Shown here: piece by piece, positions 34,452 through 41,576 of the stretch
Position numbering within the stretch: the first letter of the stretch is position 1
Layout: each line of letters begins with the position of its first letter
From: Malassezia furfur
Taxonomy: Eukaryota
Length of the DNA stretch: 43,465 nt
Assembly: GCA_052055015.1 (NCBI GenBank)
Contig: JBQJIT010000045.1
Strand: one strand, 5' to 3'
The notes under the pieces: model-generated
Databases searched by the model: none
What the model was told of the DNA's origin: nothing
Seen by the model: only the letters and a program-made list of their open reading frames with translations
Made by a program: the position numbers and the translations under genes

Positions 34452-34475
34452 CGTAGCGCTGACTAAACCCCCACA

Positions 34476-35845
34476 ATGGCGTGGACGACGCCGGCGTACA
34501 CTGTGCAGCAGGATGCACAGGCCGTGCGTGTGCGCATCGAGTGCGCGGAAAGCAATGTACGTGGTAGACTCACAAAGGCGGACACAGCCCGCGCTGCAGC
34601 AGATGGTACGACGTTCGGCTGCTTCGTCGATCCACTCTACCTGCCGTACGTGAGAGTGCTCAGACAGCCTGAAATTCCCAGAGCCCGTGGGCGCCCTGGA
34701 AGTGATTGTGCCGCTCGACGCATCGAGCAGCGGCGAAAGTTATACTTACGATGCAACTCAGCGGACACTTGAGGTCAAGCTGACCAAGGCCGTGCCAGGC
34801 ACCCACTTCCCTGGGTTGGAAGAACTCCGACCGCAGCTCCTGTCGGATGTCGAAATGCATGCGTTCGAACGCGATGCAGAGCGGATGCAGCACGAGGAGC
34901 AGACAACAAGCACGGAGAGCACCTCGTCAGGACCCACCACAAATGCATCCAAGCCAACGTACCCTGTCGGCCTGCTGTGTCAGCCCCTGAATTCCAAAGC
35001 GTACGAAGACGTCGTCGCAGGTGGACGTGTCCCCTACCTGGACGTGGTAGATCCCCAGCATACCTCACCTGCCGACCGTCTTCGTGTTGCTCTCCGCCTA
35101 GAATGCGAAAAATGGGACGAGGGGATGTACCTGTATGTGCGCATCCTAACACAGTGATGCCACGGTGGATTTCGACGAGCAAGTCGCCGAACTCTTGCAC
35201 ATGCCCCTGCGCCTTGCTACGACTCACCCAAACATTGCATCAGGCCCACTTCCGAATGACGACCGCGCGCTGCTGTTCCTTGCTCAGCTCCTCTACGCTT
35301 ACCTGTACGAAGATCGTATGTCGCTGCACGATCCTACGCCCGAGTCGGCCTGGACGGTGATCAAGCTCACGCGCTGTCTTGCATGCTGGACAGACCCACT
35401 GGAAGGTACAGGTGACCTGCATCACACACTCTGTGCCTCCTTCCGGCGCACATTGACCTATCCATTGTACCGCAGCCTCGCGGCGTGTGCGCAAATCTGC
35501 CGAGATGCTACAGAACTCCTTTCCGAGTCACCACGCGATCGTATCCTGCATATACTGCACGCACTCGATGCCTGGTTTGCTCTAGCACCGACCGGCACTG
35601 GCCTTGCCGAGCAGACCACCACCGTGCTGTCGGTCGTGTGGGACCAGTGGATTGCGCCGCTCTCCACATGGGTCGCGCACGGAGCCACAGATGCGCACTT
35701 TGCGCAGCTGCGTGAGGCCTTTGCACAGGTCACATTCACGCCTGAGGTGCTCTCCGAGATTGAAATGCCAGGTGACTGGGACCTTGCCGCGCTGAACGCC
35801 GCGGCCGCCGAGGCCCGTGCGGAGGGCGAAGGCGCATTTGTGTAG
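34476..35845 (+). CDS. SHQ1: Shq1 H/ACA RNP assembly chaperone (CS + SHQ1 domains); introns 34557-34577 (21), 34646-34667 (22), 35133-35154 (22)
   Basis: TP.Y.V.QD, P.YLP|LKFP, LTKAVPGTHFPGL, KWDEGMYL|D, LYAYLYEDR...D.TPESAWTV.KL and RRTLTYPLYRS motifs. Confidence 0.9.
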
Positions 35846-35858
35846 TTTCTTCGTATGC

Positions 35859-37148
35859 ATGCTACCTCCACCTGCGCGGAAGCGTGCAGCGTCCAACGAT
35901 GCGCGCATCCTACAGCGACCGCGCGCTGAAGACGTGCGGCTCCCGGTGGTACTTGAGTACCACCGTAACATTGCACGGGCGACGGCCGTGGTGTGGGATG
36001 CAACGGAGCCCGTGCGGTGTGACGTCGCCCAAGGTACATTAACACTGCGTGCCGGCGAAGCATGCAATGTCCTGCCACTCGACTGGCCGCTGGTAGACGG
36101 CGTATACACAGGTGAGGAGCAGGACGGTGCACAGGTTGTCACGCTTCCTGCCCACACCTCGCCGCCGTTCGCGCTTGTACCACAGTCGCCGTGGCTGCAG
36201 TTCGCGTCGGAGCAGACACCGGTTCTGGCCTTGGCGTGCGCTGCGTGCGGCAGCACATTGATGCAATGCAGCGGCGCAGCGACATTGCGTGCTCTTCCTT
36301 CCGAAAACTGGGAAGAGCTCGTGGATGCGTGGATGTGCCATGGTGACCAGCGCTTGAATGCGAGTGTCGTTCAAGGACGTGCGGATGTCGAGCCATCACG
36401 CACGCCGGAGCTCGACCAGATTTGGGTTGGTTCACTGCTGTTGCGCATGAATAGCGCGCAGCTGATGCATGTGCACATTGCAGATGCCAAGATACCCGGG
36501 CCATGGGAGGTACGTTCCGGGGGGGTATTCCCACGGACCCGCAGAAAGCTCGCACTGGAAACCCACCGTGCGCGGCTGATACTAGGGTCCTAGATTTTGC
36601 ATTCCACATACGCCGCGGCGCAGAAGCCCCCCTGCGCCGTGGCCACAATGAATGCGACACTAACGCAGGGCGACGCATTCCCCGCTTCCTGTTCCCAGTG
36701 CTCAGCAGCGCTCGGGGCCGTGCCAGTCCGCGATGCGCCGAGCGCCGCGCAGCTGCTGCAGACGAGTGTGGTACCGGTGCCACGCACACTGTCCTACACG
36801 AACTATTTCTCTGAGATCCTTGCCAACTATCTGGTGGAACAGGCTGACCGGCACGCCGTACACCACTTCCTCATCCAGGCACTTGGTGCCGAACCCCAGC
36901 CCCGCCTCCTCGTCTGGGTCTTCCAGCCGATCGTCGAGGTGTGCACCACCCAGCGGATGGCCGTATGCAAAATTCTGTACCATACGAGCACGGCCCCCCC
37001 GCAGGTGCCCTACCACCCCCTCACGCTGCCGGCGGCGCAGTGCGATCTGCTCGCGCAACTGCTCATCGAGAGCAACGCACTGTACCCTGCGGCGCGCAAA
37101 AAACTCGCGCAATGGCATGTAGGATTTTTGCTGCGTACCCTTTTCTAA
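35859..37148 (+). CDS. IPA1: Ipa1/UBE3D-like (HECT_2) protein; 159-nt intron 36510-36668 hosting an H/ACA RNA
   Basis: CAAC..LRALPSENWEELVDAWMCH, a second CxxC after the intron, LLVWVFQP, KILY, and ESN..YP...W.VGFL. Donor GTACGT and CACTAAC-GCAG acceptor keep the frame. Confidence 0.85.
36535..36662 (+). ncRNA. Intronic box H/ACA guide RNA predicted to pseudouridylate U2 snRNA U42 (snR81-like specificity)
   Basis: Hairpin 1: GGACCC/GGGTCC lower stem with pocket GCAGAA + GATACTA, complementary to U2 UAGUAUC-[UG]-UUCU; degenerate H box AGATTT at 36592. Hairpin 2: TGCATTC/GAATGCG lower stem, pocket CACATAC + CACAAT, 12-bp upper stem; ACA at 36657-36659. Confidence 0.8.
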
Positions 37149-38095
37149 ATACGCTTCACCTTGGGCATCCCCGGCACGACCACCTCGCCCTCCACGGCGC
37201 GTGCCTCGACGCCGATCCGCGGCAGGAACGCCTGGTACCGGATCGGGTCGCGCGACTTGAGGTAGCGCAGGATCTTGGCGCGCTTGTGCACGAGCTTCGT
37301 CATCGAACGCCGGTTGCTGTTGTCCTTCCGCGCGCTGCCGAGGTGCTCAGCCAGGTTGCGGATGCGGTACGTGAGAATTGCCGCCTGCACTTCGGGCGAG
37401 CCGGTATCCAGCCCCTGTCCGTCGGGGCGCGCGCCAAAGTGCTGCACGATCCGCCGCGTGTTTTCCACCTGGATGCCCTTGCCGCTCGCATTGCGCAGGT
37501 CAAGGATGCGCGCAAGCGCGTCGGCGCTCTGCTGCTGCTCGGCTTCGCTCTGCTCGTGCTCGGCAGCAAGCACCTCGGCGCCCTGGTCACGGCCAACGTG
37601 GACGCTTGCGGCGTCCAGGACACGGTCCTCGGTCATGACGCGCGGCAGCGACTTGAACAGCGTGCGGCGGTCATTCACACCCAGACCGAAGTTGAGGCGC
37701 CGCGGGCCGCCGTACGTCGACGCCTCGGCATCGACCTGCGCGTCGTCCGGCCGCGCCGTGGGTTCCACCGGCACGAGCTGCCCACGCCGGTCCTCGGCGA
37801 GACCCCACACCTCCTCCTTCGAGAGGATGATCTTGGCGAGTTCCGAGTTATTCCAGTATGCGTAGCCCTCGTCGTTCAGCTGGTGCGCCAGAACCGGGTC
37901 CGGCTTGGACAGCTGGAAGAGGCGCTCCATAATTTCGTGCCGCTGCAAGTTGGCATTCCGGCGCAGACGCGCAGCACGCCGCCGCTTGCTCTCCATCACA
38001 GGTGCACTCGTGTGTATCGCTGCGATGCTTTCCCTCGGCAGCGCCGCGCGCGCGCCCAGCGCGGCCTGCGCACGCCCAGCGATCGCGCGGAACAT
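37145..38095 (-). CDS. MRPS28: Mitochondrial ribosomal protein uS15m
   Basis: R/A-rich presequence; RILDLRNAS; S15 core DTGSPEVQAAILTYRIRNLAEHL..KD..RR....LVHKRAKILRYLK. Confidence 0.92.
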   Translation of the reverse strand: MFRAIAGRAQAALGARAALPRESIAAIHTSAPVMESKRRRAARLRRNANLQRHEIMERLFQLSKPDPVLAHQLNDEGYAYWNNSELAKIILSKEEVWGLAEDRRGQLVPVEPTARPDDAQVDAEASTYGGPRRLNFGLGVNDRRTLFKSLPRVMTEDRVLDAASVHVGRDQGAEVLAAEHEQSEAEQQQSADALARILDLRNASGKGIQVENTRRIVQHFGARPDGQGLDTGSPEVQAAILTYRIRNLAEHLGSARKDNSNRRSMTKLVHKRAKILRYLKSRDPIRYQAFLPRIGVEARAVEGEVVVPGMPKVKRI

Positions 38096-38216
38096 GGTTA
38101 GGAACAAAGCCGACCTTCGCGTCACGTGACAAAGGAAGAAAGCGGCGCGCGGCGCTCGCTTGCAAGTTGATCAAAAACGCAAGCGTACGTGGGGGGTCCA
38201 GGTGCACTAACCGCAG

Positions 38217-38365
38217 CTCCCAGCCACACCCGGTCGTCTTTTGCGGTTCGGGTGCCAAGAGGGCCAACGGTCCTCGTGGGGGTCGAGAACAAAACTGCAA
38301 CGGTATAGGAACCTGTGCACAGTTTCGACAATGACTGCGCAGTGCCGAGAAATTGTAGGACATGT
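38217..38365 (+). ncRNA. Box H/ACA snoRNA, snR34/SNORA65-like (LSU rRNA Psi2826 and Psi2880, yeast numbering), preceded by a 32-nt intron at 38185-38216
   Basis: 5' pocket GCCAC + GCCA matches rRNA UGGC-[UU]-GUGGC; H box AGAACA 38286-38291. 3' pocket ATAGGAA + GCCGA matches UCGGC-[UC]-UUCCUAU; lower stem CTGCAA/TTGTAG; ACA 38360-38362. Confidence 0.85.
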
Positions 38366-38771
38366 ATGATAGCAGTAGAGGAATGGGACATATGAGAGAG
38401 TGGTACATTGGCAGGCATGTGTAGATACTTTGTGTAGAGGCGTGCGTACGGATGCAAAGTGTGCCAGCGTTCGAATCGTGAACGCCATGCCGTATGCGCA
38501 CCGAGGAAAAGGGGAACGGCAGGCATATGCTTCCTATGTAGGAGGTGTGTATGGCGCAAAACTGCGTACCGTGTACCTTGGATGTGCATGCCAAAACCTA
38601 TTCATGACTCAATCCAATCTACTCTACTACGTTGTTTGCGTTCCCTGACCCATTCCGACCCGCGCGCCGGACCCTGCCCTTTTTTTCCTCTGTGCACAGA
38701 CGAACCAAGGCGCACGTGGGCCTAGGGTCTCTCCGCACGCCAACTTTTTTTCTGGGCTCCGTAGACGCGCG

Positions 38772-41559
38772 ATGAAGTTGTACGTGGGAGGTCTAACACA
38801 GCGCGCGCTACTTGGAGGAGAATGCGGTGGACGAGTGGCGGAAGGCATACATTAACTATCGTGGGCTGAAGAAGCTCATCAAACGCGTGCATGAGCACTA
38901 TGAGGCGCGCATTGCGCTCAAGCTGGAGGTGCCTGTGCCGAATATGCCGCAGCCGGCGCGCACACGGGCAGGAAAGATCCTGCGGCGCGGGACGAGCTTC
39001 TTTTCGAACAAGCCTGATTCACCGCCCCACTATGGGAGCATGGATGACGAGCGGTTCTCGGAACTGCCGACGGTCTCACTCGACGGCACGGGTCTCTCCT
39101 TCCCACGCAGTGTGCCGCCTGGCGCACGGAACAGCGAGGACCTTGAATCACACGGTACACATACGCCTGGCACCTCGAGCAGCGCACAGCACGGCCAGCC
39201 AAGCAAGCGATCGTCCGAGCAAGGCCCACACGTCCAGCAGCCCGGCGAGCCGGACGCCTATCCTGGCGAGACAGAGTCGACCGAGCACCCGATGCCGATC
39301 GCGTGGGTTACGCCGGACCCCAAGGCAGAGGGCGAGGACATTGACAAGCTCCTTCAGCAGCTGTTTGACTCTGAAGAGCGCAAGTTCTTCTTGGCGCTGG
39401 ACGAGGAAGTGGCGCGCATCGTGCACTTTTACGAGGAGCGCGAGCGCGAGGCGATTGAGCGCCTCTCGACGCTCGTCACGCAGCTCACCGAGCTGGCTGA
39501 GCACCGCCGCGAGTTCAAGGCACAGACGCAAAAGGTCGTGACAGGCGCAGGTCTGTCGCGCATCTTTTCCTCGGTCCCGCTCAAGATGGGCTCCGAGGAG
39601 CTGAAGCGTGCGCGGCTGAATGCGCAGCACATCCACAAGGACAAACAGCCCGAGGCGGCCGTCGATGCGGGAGACAAGCGCCGTGCGAAGGCCATGGAGC
39701 ACGTCCAGGCGCTCAACATCGACGCGCTGCAGCCCGGGACGCCTTCGTCGGAGAACCACGACGCGGCGCATATTGCGCACGACCCGGTGCAGTACCGAGC
39801 GGCGCGCAAGAAGCTGCGCACCGCCGTGATCGAGAATCACCGCGCGCTGGAGATCCTCAACAACTACCGCATCCTGAACCGGACGGGCTTCACCAAGATT
39901 TTGAAGAAGTTTGACAAGACGATGGACTCCGAGGTGCTGCAGCCCTACTACGAGACCCGTGTGGTGCCTACGCCGCTCGTGCAGTCTGAGTCGGTGCCGA
40001 AAATGCTCCGTGCAACCGAAGGTACGTGGCGCGACTCACCCAGAAATCTTCACAGTCTACTTTGAGCACGGGGACGCGAAGCGGGCGCGCGAGCTGCTGC
40101 GGGAGCCCTCGAATGTGCCGCCGGGCATGCGCGAGCACAACCACCACAAGGCTGCGTTCCGCACGGGCCTCTACCTGGGTGTCGCGCTGTGTGCCACGAT
40201 CCAGGGGCTGCGCGACGCCATGCACCCCGAGACGCGTGCGTCGATGCCCAACTGGGCGGCGGTGATGCAGCTGTACGGTGCCGAGTTTATCCCGACGATG
40301 TTCGCGCTGCTGTTTGGCCTCAATTTGGTGGGGTGGCAGACGGTGCGGATCAACACCGTGTTCATTTTCGAGTGGGATGCGCGGCATGCGCTCGAGCCTG
40401 CGCAGTACTTTGAGATGCCGGCGCTGCTGCTGCTGCTGCTGAGCATCTTTTTCTGGGTGTCGTTTGCGCAGCCGACCGCGACGTCGATTGCGCCGTCGAC
40501 GTGGCCGCTCGTGTGGCTGGTGATTGTGCTGCTGCTGCTGCTCAACCCGCTGCCGATGCTGCATCCGTCGAGCCGGCGGTGGCTTGTTGTGTCACTGTCG
40601 CGCGTATTTACGGGCGGTGTGCTGTACTCGGTCGAGTTCCGCGACTTCTTCTTGGGCGATGAGCTCAACTCGGTCATGTACTCGTTTGGCAACCTCTGGT
40701 TCCTGGGGTGCGAGTACGAAAACCACTTCCGCGTGCCCGACCAGTGCCCCATGACACGCTCGTGGTGGATCCCGGTGCTGATTGCCATCCCCGCCTTCTT
40801 GCGTTTCCTGCAATGTTTCCGGCGTTACGTGGATAGCCGCCGGATGGTGCGCATTCATCTGGTGAACGCGGGCAAGTATGCCTCCTCTGTGCTGAACGCC
40901 TTTTTCTACTTCCACTACCGCCGCCATGGCTCTGTGCGGGGCACGCCGTTTGCGCTGTGGGTGTTGTTTGCGACGATCAACTCGACGTTTACGTGCTCGT
41001 GGGACTTTATCATGGACTGGAACGTGCTGCAGCGCAACGCCAAGTACCCGCTGCTGCGTGCCAACCTGGCGTTCGCCGAGGTATGGCCGCTGTACTACGT
41101 CGCGATGGCGACGAACCTGTTTGTGCGCTTTATTTGGGTGATTTATCTGTTTGGCGGCCCTGCGTCCGTGCCGCTGCGCAGCTTTTTGGCGGCGCTGCTC
41201 GAGATGCTGCGCCGCTGGCAGTGGAACTTTATTCGTTTGGAGAACGAACACCTGGGTAACGCCGATTCGTTCAAGATTGTGCGCGACCGTACGTGTGAAC
41301 AACTGACGCAGTGCCTTTGCCCTACCCCACGACCCGGCCCAAGATGGTCCCGGTGGGTGACGACGACGACGACGACGATGACAAGGACTCGGCGCATAGC
41401 TCGTTCGGTATGCGGCCGTTCAGCATGCGCTCGGGCAACAGCCAAGCGCAGGCGAACGACGACCGCACGCACCAGACGCTGCAGCGCACGCGCGACGGCC
41501 TGCAAGAGGCACGGCGCCGCAACACGCACGAGCTCGTAGAAGATCGGGGGTATGCCTAG
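38772..41559 (+). CDS. SYG1: SPX-EXS phosphate exporter, Syg1/XPR1-like; introns 38780-38801 (22), 40022-40043 (22), 41289-41311 (23)
   Basis: Spliced MKFARYLEEN..EWRKAYINYRGLKK, LNRTGFTKILKKFDK, VEFRDFFLGDELNS, NAGKY and RRWQWNFIRLENEH..VRD|LPLPY. Confidence 0.95.
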
Positions 41560-41576
41560 GTCGTAGTTTCTGTATA

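Noticed and set aside
38185..38620. Telomerase RNA, snR30/U17, U3, RNase P/MRP, SRP RNA or snRNA as the identity of the spliced non-coding transcript
   Set aside because: No telomere-template-like repeat, no correctly placed snR30 m1/m2 motifs and no diagnostic boxes. The two rRNA-matching pockets explain 38217-38365 better.
37848..38725. ORF-track peptides in the MRPS28-SYG1 spacer, and a 12-codon ORF at 38331-38369
   Set aside because: Atypical composition and codon usage, no motifs, and they overlap the snoRNA structure.
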